Source of the DNA: an uncultured Anaerolineales bacterium
GTDB lineage: Bacteria > Chloroflexota > Anaerolineae > Anaerolineales > UBA11858
Direction: 5' to 3'
Assembly: GCA_964481465.1 (NCBI GenBank)
Contig: CAYZTL010000003.1
Span: 65,717-129,716 of the forward strand
DNA length: 64,000 nucleotides
Positions within the stretch are counted from its first letter, which is position 1; each line of letters opens with the position of its first letter. Below, one piece after another: positions 1 through 9,683 of the stretch. The position numbers and the translations under genes are program-made. The notes under the pieces were generated by a model. The model made no database searches. It saw nothing but the letters and a program-made list of their open reading frames with translations, and was not told where the DNA came from.

Positions 1-3000
1 ACACCTTCCACTTCCTCCCCTTGATCATCCGTACGAGGGGCCGACCCCACCACGTCCACTTGGAGGTGCAAATTGGGGAGATATCCCTCTTTAATCGGGA
101 CTTGAAGGGTGGTGCTTCCCCCCGTAAAGGAAAAACTCTCCGTCTCGATCATCCCACTGCGAGCTAAAGTCAACAGCCCCTGCCCGGAATCGAACGGCGC
201 CTGGACCAAAATTTCAGCCACATCGCCGGGTTGATAGGTTTCCTTGTCGGGCACCAGGATGACTTCCTCCCTCTCCACCTTGCGTGAGGGGGGACGCTGA
301 CCTCCACTCACCCAACGCATGATGCGGCTCTGGTTCTCACGACCCTTGCTGTCGGTCACTTTGGCCGTGATCTGGTAACGACCACCGGCTGGCGTCTCGA
401 AGGTGCAGGCCACGGGCTCACTTTGCGAACCTTCCGTGCATTCCTGAAGGTCGACTTCCTCTTCCTGCCACTGGCCGTCCTTGTATTTCCATTCCAAACG
501 GGCGGCTTCCACCTGGATGGGCCGGTCCGTGACGGGCTTTCCATCCAGATCAGTGACGATGAGATCCACATCTATGGGGTCCCCCTGCTGGACAAAATAG
601 CGCTCCGTACGCATCCCCACGTAAAGGTCCGCAGGATGGACCATGAGGTCCGTGGTGCTGGCCCAGGCCTGGCGGTTGACATCGATCACGGTGGCTTCCG
701 CCAGTACGCTGTAGGGCCGGGGCACCTCTGCGCTCTCAATATCTACCTTTAAATAATGGTTTCCGGATGCATCAGTCTTGCCAGAGAACGTGTACTGCGC
801 TCCCCCGCCCTGGGGGCCCAGACCACCTCTGAACATCCACCACGGGGTCCACATCCCGAAGCTGAAATCAGGCCAGTTCGGGGGCTGGTAGTTCGTCGGC
901 TGGGTATTCACGCGCCATTCCACATCCGCGTTGGGCAGGGGTCCCCCGGCATAATATTTGCCCTCCACCGCCACCACCGCTTGATCGCCGATGAAATAAG
1001 GCCCGGTGGTTTCATTGCGGGCTTTGACTTCAAATTCAGGGCGGCGGAACTCCTGGATCTGGAACGGATGGACATGACGGTCCGCCCTCATCCCACCCGC
1101 GCTGCCCAGGGGATCTAAAACCACTTGCGCCTGGCCCAGATTGATGTTATCAGGTAAACTGAAAACGAGATCAAATCCGCCCCAGGCGTTTACCTCCACC
1201 TGACCCTGCGCGATCTCATTCCCCTGCGGACCCGTAACTCGATAGCGAACACCCGTGATCGCCTTCCCTACCAATTCCACGTCTCCGGTCTCCGTGTTTC
1301 CGATCCGACGCATCCAGCCTTTGACGTGAACCTCTTCTCCCGGTTTATACATCTGACGGTCGTCAAAGACATACCAGCGTAATTCATCTAAAACGGACCG
1401 CTTTTGCCACCCTCCCTCACCCCATTCGGATAGAGAGGAAGGCAGTAAAGCGCGGTCCTCCCCTTTGGACGCGACCAGGTAAGAGATCCCTCCCGCAGGG
1501 ATCCCAAAATTCGCTGTGCCATCCCGATCGGTGGCATCCAGCACGTCCCCCGACTCATCTCTGACCTTCACATCCGCCAGGGAGGTGCCGTCCCTCAAGG
1601 CCGTCGTCCAAACCACCATCTCGCTGTGATCCACAAAGGCATCCAGGCCGATCTGCGTGACCTGGACCCAGACCTGAACCACTTCCCAATAGCGTTCTTC
1701 TTTGAATAATCTTTTGGGAGGCTTCGCGATGACCAGGAAATGGCCGTAATCACCGGACATCACTTCACTGAGGTCAATCGGGACCTCCGTTAACGTATCC
1801 GCGTCCCCTTCCACAGGCACAAAGGAATCAAATACCAGGTCACCGGGTGGATCCAGATGATCTTCCGTCCGGTGATAATCCTGAAGATATTTTTTGAAAT
1901 CGGGCCAATGGGAGGGTTCCACCTCGTAAATTTTGACATCCAACCGGTCATAATTGATCGCATAAAGCGACAATATAGGTTTCCTGGACGCAGGATCGAG
2001 GGTGACCAGCCTCCGCTGCGGTCCATATAAAAGGGGTTCAGCTGAACCGATCCGAAATTTCAGGGTTTCATCTTTCCCTAACTTCTGCCCAAAAATATCC
2101 TTGATCTCGCCATCCACGGTTACCCGATATGTCGTCCGGGCTTTCGTCGCTCCCCGAATGCTGATCGAATTCCCGTAAATATTTACCGAGGTATTGGGCA
2201 GCTCCGGTTGGATGCGGAGCATGCCTTCCTCAAAGGCGTCCATATCCAGGGGATTGTTAAAGCGGATGAAGAGGGGGGTCAGGGGGCGGCAAGCTTGATC
2301 CCCCCATGAACACCCGTGATCCATAATTTGCAGGGGTGGATAAGTATAAAAACTGAATCCCTGTCCGTTTTCTGTGGCCAGGGGACCTTCCGCAGAAGGG
2401 GTGCCGGGGCCGATATCCACGGTCACCGTGGTGTTGGCGGGGAAAGGTTCCTGCGCCCGGAAGGCCAGCCAGCGCCCTTCCATAGCGTCGTCCGCCATTC
2501 GTTTGATCCTTTTATCCGCTTTGACTTCTTCCTCAGTGGCCAAGCGCACAGGCACTTCCTCTCCCCCGGCAGAGACATGGATCGTCTCCAGGACTGCCTC
2601 CGGATGTATCCTCTGGTCAAAAGCAGCGAACATCAGGGATTCCAGAACATGGGGTCCATTGGACGGATAGTAGGTCTGGAGGGTGGGAGGTGGGGTTTGG
2701 AATGAGAACTGGACCGTGTCTTCCAATACCTGCCCGGACATCGATTCCACTCCCTCCGGGATGGTGACCTGGTACTTGGTGGCCATGGGCAGGCGGTCAA
2801 AATCCTCCGAATCAGACTGGAAATTCAGGGTCTTCGTGCCCAGCCAGCGCCAGCTGCCGGAGACATCCGGGCTGATTTCTACCGGCACATCTTCTTCTGC
2901 TAACCCTTCCAACGTATCCAGCGGCGCCATGGCCTGGTTAAAGGTAACGCTGATGAAAGGGGCAATGGGGACCTTTCCTTCCGGCGCATAGCGCAGCACC

Positions 3001-3464
3001 TTCAAAGGCTGATCCTCTATAGGTCCCGGCCCTTCCGTCTCATCCGGCGAAGGGAAGACCACTTCGATGGTCTGGCCCGTTAGGGGGGGTGGCAGGACTT
3101 CATCTGGGAGGTTAAACTCCACCTGCATTTCCTCCACCTCCGGTAAATCGGGCAATCGGGCTAAAATGGCCTGGATCTGAGCTTCGGAAAGGGGTTCCCC
3201 CTCTACTTCTTCGGGCCCCTCCGTAGGCGTGGGTTGCGCGCTCCCATCGCTCAGTTTGAGGACCAACCCGGGCTCTTCATCTTCCCCGTCTTCAGTCTGA
3301 GATCTGACTTCATCTCCCCCTGAGCCATCCGTATCTAAAGGGATAGCCTGATCATCCGAAAAGTCCACATCGATCACCTGGGTCAACCTGCAGCCCAGCA
3401 CTGCGAATAAAATCAAACCGATCGCGAGATATTTCTGCCAAGACAAATGCTTTTTCTCAGACAT
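1..3464 (-). CDS. alpha-2-macroglobulin family lipoprotein, N-terminal ~1150 codons (3' end runs off the window)
   Basis: Missing from the ORF track because there is no in-window stop. Manual translation from ATG 3464-3462 gives MSEKKHLSWQKYLAIGLILFAVLGC (signal peptide plus lipobox), then LKVLRYAPEGKVPIAPFISVTFNQAMAPL. MG-domain-like repeats follow (YVFDDRQMYKPGEEVHVKGW; FQIQEFRRPEFEVKA; LVPDKETYQPGDVAEILVQAPF). I checked that the frame is open at several points down to nt 3. Confidence 0.8.
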   Translation of the reverse strand, partial: MSEKKHLSWQKYLAIGLILFAVLGCRLTQVIDVDFSDDQAIPLDTDGSGGDEVRSQTEDGEDEEPGLVLKLSDGSAQPTPTEGPEEVEGEPLSEAQIQAILARLPDLPEVEEMQVEFNLPDEVLPPPLTGQTIEVVFPSPDETEGPGPIEDQPLKVLRYAPEGKVPIAPFISVTFNQAMAPLDTLEGLAEEDVPVEISPDVSGSWRWLGTKTLNFQSDSEDFDRLPMATKYQVTIPEGVESMSGQVLEDTVQFSFQTPPPTLQTYYPSNGPHVLESLMFAAFDQRIHPEAVLETIHVSAGGEEVPVRLATEEEVKADKRIKRMADDAMEGRWLAFRAQEPFPANTTVTVDIGPGTPSAEGPLATENGQGFSFYTYPPLQIMDHGCSWGDQACRPLTPLFIRFNNPLDMDAFEEGMLRIQPELPNTSVNIYGNSISIRGATKARTTYRVTVDGEIKDIFGQKLGKDETLKFRIGSAEPLLYGPQRRLVTLDPASRKPILSLYAINYDRLDVKIYEVEPSHWPDFKKYLQDYHRTEDHLDPPGDLVFDSFVPVEGDADTLTEVPIDLSEVMSGDYGHFLVIAKPPKRLFKEERYWEVVQVWVQVTQIGLDAFVDHSEMVVWTTALRDGTSLADVKVRDESGDVLDATDRDGTANFGIPAGGISYLVASKGEDRALLPSSLSEWGEGGWQKRSVLDELRWYVFDDRQMYKPGEEVHVKGWMRRIGNTETGDVELVGKAITGVRYRVTGPQGNEIAQGQVEVNAWGGFDLVFSLPDNINLGQAQVVLDPLGSAGGMRADRHVHPFQIQEFRRPEFEVKARNETTGPYFIGDQAVVAVEGKYYAGGPLPNADVEWRVNTQPTNYQPPNWPDFSFGMWTPWWMFRGGLGPQGGGAQYTFSGKTDASGNHYLKVDIESAEVPRPYSVLAEATVIDVNRQAWASTTDLMVHPADLYVGMRTERYFVQQGDPIDVDLIVTDLDGKPVTDRPIQVEAARLEWKYKDGQWQEEEVDLQECTEGSQSEPVACTFETPAGGRYQITAKVTDSKGRENQSRIMRWVSGGQRPPSRKVEREEVILVPDKETYQPGDVAEILVQAPFDSGQGLLTLARSGMIETESFSFTGGSTTLQVPIKEGYLPNLHLQVDVVGSAPRTDDQGEEVEG

Positions 3465-3711
3465 GACAGCGCTCCTCTGATCTACCTGCTCCCGTTTGCG
3501 TCACTTGGCTCTCCACGGCTAGGTATTCACCCTCCCCCTACCCTTTTGGAGACAGCGATAATCCCATTTCAATCCATGCGCCAAGTCAAGGACGCCAATC
3601 CTGCTTGTAGAGTGTAGACGCATTTAAGGCCCTTTTTGTTCCCGAGATTCTCGCTGAATTGACTCGTCCTTCGATCAAGGGCCCCCTTTACCCTCAATTA
3701 TGAGATACTCC

Positions 3712-4134
3712 TCAGTTTGAGACTTCAGAGAGAAAGCGGGATAACACCTCCAGCGCATCTCCATGGGTTTGGTAATCCTGGACAGTTAACAAGGGATGGG
3801 GATTTCCCAAAATCATCTTGGAAACCTCCCTATCCCCCCGACGAAGGCACAAGACAGGTTTCCCCAAAGACAAGGCATATCCAATTTCATATCCCACCCC
3901 ATGGGATGGGGTGCTGATCTCCGCCACCAGCAGGTCGCTTTCCTCGATCCATTCCACATCCCGATGGTAAATATCCAAAGGATTCTCCCACTTGTCCCTC
4001 TCCTCAACGCCCGATTCAGCAATGTGGGCAGTGGGGACCTCATGACCAGCCTCCGTCAACGCCTGGACCAGGGTCTGGTACACCTTTTCGTCCTTCCTCC
4101 CTCCGATAATAGAACAAGCGAAATAGATCTTCAT
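3712..4134 (-). CDS. nucleoside 2-deoxyribosyltransferase-like / DNPH1 (Rcl)-like deoxynucleoside 5'-monophosphate N-glycosidase
   Basis: 140 aa. MKIYFACSIIGGR...DVEWIEESDLLVAEISTPSHGVGYEIGYA matches the Rcl/DNPH1 pattern (IYFxGSIRGGR ... VVAEVTxPSLGVGYELG). Confidence 0.75.
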   Translation of the reverse strand: MKIYFACSIIGGRKDEKVYQTLVQALTEAGHEVPTAHIAESGVEERDKWENPLDIYHRDVEWIEESDLLVAEISTPSHGVGYEIGYALSLGKPVLCLRRGDREVSKMILGNPHPLLTVQDYQTHGDALEVLSRFLSEVSN

Positions 4135-4290
4135 AAATACTGTCCAATCCTCATCTGCAGAAAGAAGATGAAAAGCGATAAAATATAGGTGTCATAGATG
4201 AATGGTATTATAGATGAAATCTTCCCGAATGGGCCTGAATTCAGCCATAGTACCCCCGATTAATACCCCACAGGGAAGGCCAAGGAACAA

Positions 4291-5361
4291 ATGGTCTTTA
4301 TGAACTCAGAAGAAGTCTTAGAACTCAAGGATATTCACAAATCCTTTGGAGATACCCGGGCTGTCACCGGAGTGTCATTTAAAGTGCACAAAGGGGAAAT
4401 CCTGGGTATCCTGGGGCCCAGCGGAAGTGGCAAAACCACGCTGCTGGAGATCATCGCCGGTTTAATTCAGCCCGACCAGGGGACCTGCACCTGGAACGGG
4501 AAGGACTTGGCCGGCGTTCCTCCTTACCAGCGGGGATTTGGGCTCATGTTTCAAGATTTCGCCCTTTTTCCCCATAAAAACGTCAAGGAGAACGTCGCCT
4601 TTGGTTTGTTGATGCAGGATTGGTCCTCTGAAAGGATCTCCCAACGCGTGGATGAAGTCCTTAACCTGGTGGGGTTACCTGATTTCGGGCGGCGTGAAGT
4701 CGATACCCTATCGGGCGGCGAACAACAACGGGTGGCGCTTGCCCGTTCTTTAGCCCCCCAACCCCGCTTGTTGATGCTCGATGAACCCATTGGATCGTTG
4801 GATCGCACGCTGCGGGAACGGTTGATGGGCGAATTGCGGGAAATCCTCAAGTCAATGGATCAAACCGCCCTCTACGTCACCCACGACCAGGTGGAAGTCT
4901 TTACGGTCGCCGATCGGATCGTGGTCATCAAAGCGGGAAAAGTGGCCCAAATAGGGACCCCACAAGAAATTTACCGCTATCCCAATTCCACCTTTGTCGC
5001 CCAGTTCCTGGGATTGGATAACCTCCTCCAGGGGGAAGCGAAACGGGAGGATGAGAGGACCATGATCGCCACCTCATTGGGAACCTGGCCATACAAAGAG
5101 GAACTGGAGGGGAAGATCACCGTCTTGCTCCGCCCTGATGTCGTAAAGGTGGGCCCGGCTTCCGACGCGAGGGATTGCGAACTGAGAGGGACGCTGTCCA
5201 AAAAAACATTTAGCGGGAAAACCTTCCGGACCGAAGTGGATGTGAAGGGGTCGACCCTCCAATTTAATTTCCCAGCGGCTACCACAGATCTTCCGAATGT
5301 CGGAGAAGAAATCCATCTTCACTTTGATCCTTATCAGGCATTACAAATCTTCCCCGGATAA
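4291..5361 (+). CDS. ABC transporter ATP-binding protein (PotA/FbpC-like, with C-terminal TOBE-like extension)
   Basis: 356 aa. Walker A GPSGSGKTT, signature LSGGEQQRVALAR and Walker B LLMLDEP are present. No permease or binding-protein gene lies next to it. Confidence 0.9.
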   Translation: MVFMNSEEVLELKDIHKSFGDTRAVTGVSFKVHKGEILGILGPSGSGKTTLLEIIAGLIQPDQGTCTWNGKDLAGVPPYQRGFGLMFQDFALFPHKNVKENVAFGLLMQDWSSERISQRVDEVLNLVGLPDFGRREVDTLSGGEQQRVALARSLAPQPRLLMLDEPIGSLDRTLRERLMGELREILKSMDQTALYVTHDQVEVFTVADRIVVIKAGKVAQIGTPQEIYRYPNSTFVAQFLGLDNLLQGEAKREDERTMIATSLGTWPYKEELEGKITVLLRPDVVKVGPASDARDCELRGTLSKKTFSGKTFRTEVDVKGSTLQFNFPAATTDLPNVGEEIHLHFDPYQALQIFPG

Positions 5362-5472
5362 AATTTTTTTATTACCCGCGGTCCATCCCGGAAAGGGAAA
5401 AACTATTTTAGACGGTCCGGAGTCAACCCAGATCCCCCTTCCAAAGCTTTGCCATATCGGTCCAAATCCCTC

Positions 5473-6276
5473 TCAACCGAGGTTAAATCCGCTCCACGTG
5501 CCGGTCAACCAATAACGCAGCAGATCCATACCTGCAATTTGCAGGACAGCGGTGGCGAATCCCCCCACCAAGGGCCAGGTTATCTCGCGGAAATGATCCG
5601 CTTTGTCCTCCAACGCAAAGAAAATGATCCAGATTAATGTATAGAGTACGGTCAATAATCCCAACACCCCCAGGGCGCTGACCAAAGTCATAGGATAGAG
5701 TACCCACGGGTTTCCGGAGAGTATGGCAGCTGCTGCTGCCCCACCGGACAGAAAAAAAACCACCCACTCTCTTAACCCGCGCAGCACAGGTTCGGGGGAA
5801 GTACGTTTCCAGACCGTCCGTTGAAAGAGGACATGCACCAAAACGCTGATCGATAACCCCACTCCCAAGCCAGTGAGAAAGCGAAGCTCATTTCCCGGGG
5901 TATAAAGGGTATACTCTTCCAATTCTGGATAATAATGGATTAGGGAATTCAGGGCATCAACAATGTAGGCCAGAAAGAGGCCCCCCAAAAAGAGGAGGCC
6001 TGACCAATGGGGCACCCCGGCGCGCCGTCCGGCCACCACGCTGAGATAGATCAAACCCACCACCACACCCAGGTACTGACCGGTACAGCGAGCGCACAAC
6101 GACAGGGGGCGGCCATGAACATGGAACGAATGGGACGGCAGGCGATGGCAAACAGCGTATCCAACAGCATCCGCTTTGCCTAAAAGGCCCTCCGGTGTGT
6201 TGACCAACCAGACCCCGGACAGAAAAAGTACACCAAGGACCAAGATAATTTTCCAAAAGGCGCTTTTCCTCATCAT
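5473..6276 (-). CDS. DUF2085 family integral membrane protein
   Basis: 267 aa, multi-TM. Contains the CHRLPSHSF...GRPLSLCARCTGQYLG motif typical of DUF2085. Confidence 0.75.
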   Translation of the reverse strand: MMRKSAFWKIILVLGVLFLSGVWLVNTPEGLLGKADAVGYAVCHRLPSHSFHVHGRPLSLCARCTGQYLGVVVGLIYLSVVAGRRAGVPHWSGLLFLGGLFLAYIVDALNSLIHYYPELEEYTLYTPGNELRFLTGLGVGLSISVLVHVLFQRTVWKRTSPEPVLRGLREWVVFFLSGGAAAAAILSGNPWVLYPMTLVSALGVLGLLTVLYTLIWIIFFALEDKADHFREITWPLVGGFATAVLQIAGMDLLRYWLTGTWSGFNLG

Positions 6277-6358
6277 TCCTCGTTCGTCTTGTTAATGCAC
6301 ACCGGGGTCACTTTGCGTACCCGCGGATCCATGGGTTATTAGGGTGCGGAGAGGTCAG

Positions 6359-8221
6359 TCACTCCGGCAGATATGCATCATTGAGAAGGAAATTAAAATA
6401 GTAATCAGAAAATACTTGAGGATACTCTTTTGAGCGCAGCAGATCAAATCCCATCTGTCCGGTGCGGAACCAACCTTCCTGGAATTGATGGTAAAAGGCA
6501 CCCTGGCCCGGGTCTGTTGGATCATAAAGGAGCATTCTCCATATCGGACAGTCATTTTTATCCAAGCAATAATTGGTCACCGTGTAAACCCGTCCCTGAT
6601 CATCGACCTCGGTGACGACAAATAAATGGGTGCCGCTCCCGCCGTGAGTGTAGATGACATCCCCAGGGAGAAGCGGGAACTTCTGGAAATCGAATTGATT
6701 TAGAGCGTATTCCGGGGACCGAAATCCGAACAGATAAAAATCGTTCAAGTCGAACAACGTCCACGGCCTTCCATTCCGGATGGGATCGGGATACCAAAAC
6801 GAACCCAAATTGATATCCATCGGCAGCAAACCCACGTCACGCAGCATCGCTCCTGTGAGTGGACCGCACATGGTCGATGAATGCTCCGTGTCATGTCCCG
6901 GAATGTAATCAATCTTTCTCGCGACTCGGTTGGCTTCTTCCGCGCTGTTTGCCAGGTAATGGGAAGCGATCTTTTTAAGGCTGGCTGCCCATTTCGGAAT
7001 GGCGATTTGGTTGATCAGATGCGTTTGGGGAAGGTCATTTTCCATACGCACGATTTGCTCAATGCTCTTAAAAAATGAGGACAATAAATCAGAGGAATTG
7101 ATCGTAGCGCTAGCGATCAGATAGGTTTTGCCATCTTCAATGAGGATCAGACCTGAATCAACCCAAACATAGGTGATGTCTTTCCCCCCGAAAATCCCCC
7201 CCTTGCTGATCGATTTCCCCCCTAAACGGACCGCCGTGCTCTCGATAAACCCAGGTTCTTCTTCCACGATACTCAACAACGTAAAGGACAATTCTCTGAC
7301 ATGTTCAGGGGCTTCGTTTACCAGCCAATCATAATACAAACTTAAATCCCGCACAGAATAGGTGTTGTAATAAAAATAGGAACTCCCGCACCGGCCCTGG
7401 ACATTTTTTGGTGGGGACGAGGGATCAGTGACCCCCTCCAGTGGAGGGTGCTGCCATTGATATAAACCGGACCCTTCGCTGGTTTGGATCACTTCCCGGG
7501 ACCAGGCGTTGAATTGTTCCAATGGATTTAAATTATTTTGGCTATGCGAATTCACATAATCCAATACCTGGGCGGTGGCTTTGTTTGAGCTGTGAACGAT
7601 CATGTTGTACAGGCGGGACAGGATCCAATGTTCGCGCAGAAAGGGTAAATACTCTCCCGGGATTTCTCCCTTTTGGGACCAGAACCGGACCGGAACGCTT
7701 TCGATCACTTCACGATCCAGATGGCTGAGCGCGTATAACAAAACCGGTCCTTTGAAAGCGGAAGCAACCGGCATTTGTTCATCCAGACCCATCCCAGCCA
7801 AAGGCCGCTTCCGACTCAGATCATAAAAAAGGAAGGTAGCCCGCCAATCCTCACTCGCTTCTTCCTGACAAGTCCGATACTCATCCACCTCAGCTTGGAA
7901 AATATGGTTGTAAGGAAGGCCCTCCTCCTGGATATCGTGAATGTCGACGGGAGGGAGAGGTGTAGGATCTCCTCCTTCCGGAGTTGATGTCGCGCCAGCA
8001 GGGAATGGGGTTGAAGTTGGCGACGGCTGTGGTTCTGAGATTTCCGCCGCTGCTTTTACTGTGGGGGTTGGCGTCAATGGGAGGACGGTCTGAGATGGGA
8101 AAATAGTCCCCGGGGAAGCGTCCTCCTGTCCATCCATTGGAGCTTGACAAGCCCCAAGAATGAAGACCACTAACAATATCGCTCCACACGTCAAAGCTTT
8201 GGATAAATTCCTAAGGGTCAT
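6359..8221 (-). CDS. secreted lipoprotein: class-A beta-lactamase-like serine hydrolase domain fused to a C-terminal Cys/His papain-like (NlpC/P60-like) domain
   Basis: 620 aa. Lipobox ILGAC, then a Pro/Thr-rich linker. SxxK (ASAFK), SSN (HSSNKAT) and a KGG triad-like motif are present. The C-terminus has MCGPLTGAML...GDVIYTHGGSGTHLFVV. Confidence 0.7.
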   Translation of the reverse strand: MTLRNLSKALTCGAILLVVFILGACQAPMDGQEDASPGTIFPSQTVLPLTPTPTVKAAAEISEPQPSPTSTPFPAGATSTPEGGDPTPLPPVDIHDIQEEGLPYNHIFQAEVDEYRTCQEEASEDWRATFLFYDLSRKRPLAGMGLDEQMPVASAFKGPVLLYALSHLDREVIESVPVRFWSQKGEIPGEYLPFLREHWILSRLYNMIVHSSNKATAQVLDYVNSHSQNNLNPLEQFNAWSREVIQTSEGSGLYQWQHPPLEGVTDPSSPPKNVQGRCGSSYFYYNTYSVRDLSLYYDWLVNEAPEHVRELSFTLLSIVEEEPGFIESTAVRLGGKSISKGGIFGGKDITYVWVDSGLILIEDGKTYLIASATINSSDLLSSFFKSIEQIVRMENDLPQTHLINQIAIPKWAASLKKIASHYLANSAEEANRVARKIDYIPGHDTEHSSTMCGPLTGAMLRDVGLLPMDINLGSFWYPDPIRNGRPWTLFDLNDFYLFGFRSPEYALNQFDFQKFPLLPGDVIYTHGGSGTHLFVVTEVDDQGRVYTVTNYCLDKNDCPIWRMLLYDPTDPGQGAFYHQFQEGWFRTGQMGFDLLRSKEYPQVFSDYYFNFLLNDAYLPE

Positions 8222-8312
8222 GATTTAAGTTCCAAGCATATTTACTGGCAGCCCAAAATGAAAATGGCCGGAGAAAGGGACGCCAAGGCAACTTTTTGAT
8301 CGCGAATGTGAC

Positions 8313-8603
8313 TCATCCTTGCCCTTCAGCCGGGGACTCCGCCACCTTCGCGAAACGGATCTTGTGAGGGAGGAGTTCGGTGATGGCGATATAAATGCAC
8401 AATCCACCGACAGCTACCCATGCTTCAATGGCATAAAGGCGCCGCTTCAAGATCACTTCCATAGGCGTCTCCACTGCCTTTCGAAGCAGGGGCCATTTCC
8501 CACCACCAATCACAAAGAACACCATGTAAAAACTGTAAATGATTTCGAGGACGAAATTGACGATGATCAAACTGTGAATAAAGTTCCAAATCTTCTTTTC
8601 CAT
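8313..8603 (-). CDS. small membrane protein (hypothetical)
   Basis: The track ORF is 8313..8645. An internal ATG at 8603 is preceded by GAGGAAG and avoids overlap with surE. Three hydrophobic helices. Confidence 0.5.
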   Translation of the reverse strand: MEKKIWNFIHSLIIVNFVLEIIYSFYMVFFVIGGGKWPLLRKAVETPMEVILKRRLYAIEAWVAVGGLCIYIAITELLPHKIRFAKVAESPAEGQG

Positions 8604-8631
8604 CTTCCTCACCCTTCTGAGATTGAATGGA

Positions 8632-9426
8632 TTACCACAACTCAAATTTCCCTCGATCCACCTGGTCGCGAACCTTCTCGAATACGCTTTCCGCGGTCAA
8701 ATCAAGATCCAGGGGGGTGAGTGAGGTGTAACCCATGGCCAGGGCGCCGATATCCGTCCCTTTATCCGGCGCGCCGGTGGGCGGCTCACCCCCAATCCAA
8801 TAATAGGGGGTCCCCCGGGGATCTTCTCTGGTCACTAAAACATCCCTGTACTCGCGCAGCCCTTGCCGGGTCACTTGAATTCCCTTGATCTCTTCTCCAG
8901 GAAGGGCCGGGACATTGAGATTATAGACCACGTCCAGCGGCAGTTTCCCCTCCAGCAATAACTTCGCCACCCGATAAGCGATAGCCGCTGAGGGCTGATA
9001 ATTCAATTTGCCAAAATGGTTTTCAGCAGCATCCACCGACACAGCCAGGCCGGGTATTTCCCAGATGACCGCTTCCATGGCAGCGGTTACGGTCCCCGAA
9101 TAGGTGACATCGTGACCGAGATTCGCGTTGGGATTGATCCCAGAAACCACTAAATCCACCTCATCGATCAGGCCCAGGACAGCCAAAGCGACGCAATCGG
9201 AGGGCGCTCCATCGCTGGCCAGCGCCTTTATCCCCTCTTCAAGCTCCACGTCCTTAACCCGAAGCGGCCGATGCAAGGTCTTGACATGGCCGGAAGAGGA
9301 CCAGTTGTGGTCCGGAGCCAGGACACTGACCCGCCCCAGTTTCTTCATTTCCCGCGCCAGGGCCAGCAAACCGGGAGCGTTGATCCCATCATCGTTGGTG
9401 ACCAGGATGTGGGGAGTGTCCGACAT
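8632..9426 (-). CDS. surE: 5'/3'-nucleotidase SurE
   Basis: 264 aa. The N-terminus ILVTNDDGINAPGL and overall length fit SurE. Confidence 0.92.
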   Translation of the reverse strand: MSDTPHILVTNDDGINAPGLLALAREMKKLGRVSVLAPDHNWSSSGHVKTLHRPLRVKDVELEEGIKALASDGAPSDCVALAVLGLIDEVDLVVSGINPNANLGHDVTYSGTVTAAMEAVIWEIPGLAVSVDAAENHFGKLNYQPSAAIAYRVAKLLLEGKLPLDVVYNLNVPALPGEEIKGIQVTRQGLREYRDVLVTREDPRGTPYYWIGGEPPTGAPDKGTDIGALAMGYTSLTPLDLDLTAESVFEKVRDQVDRGKFELW

Positions 9427-9622
9427 AGGTTACCTTCCTTAACTTCTTGCGACAAGAAAATTACACCTCACAATTGCCTGGTGGAACACTCAAGGCCTTT
9501 CATCTGGTAAAAGAAGATGAGAACAGGCCCCATCTTCTCACATCAGCATACCATGAATAGCAGCCAACAAAACAATTCTATTCAGAAGATCATAACACAT
9601 GGATCCTGATAAAGTGCATGCG

Positions 9623-9661
9623 AAAAACCCCCAAATTACCTGTGGAAAATTTGGGGGTTTT
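9623..9661 (-). terminator. rho-independent terminator downstream of the 9684 lipoprotein gene
   Basis: Arms AAAAACCCCCAAATT (9623-9637) and AATTTGGGGGTTTT (9648-9661) pair perfectly around a 10-nt loop. A U-run follows on the minus strand. Confidence 0.8.
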
Positions 9662-9683
9662 AGGAAATCGCTAAATTGGCGAA

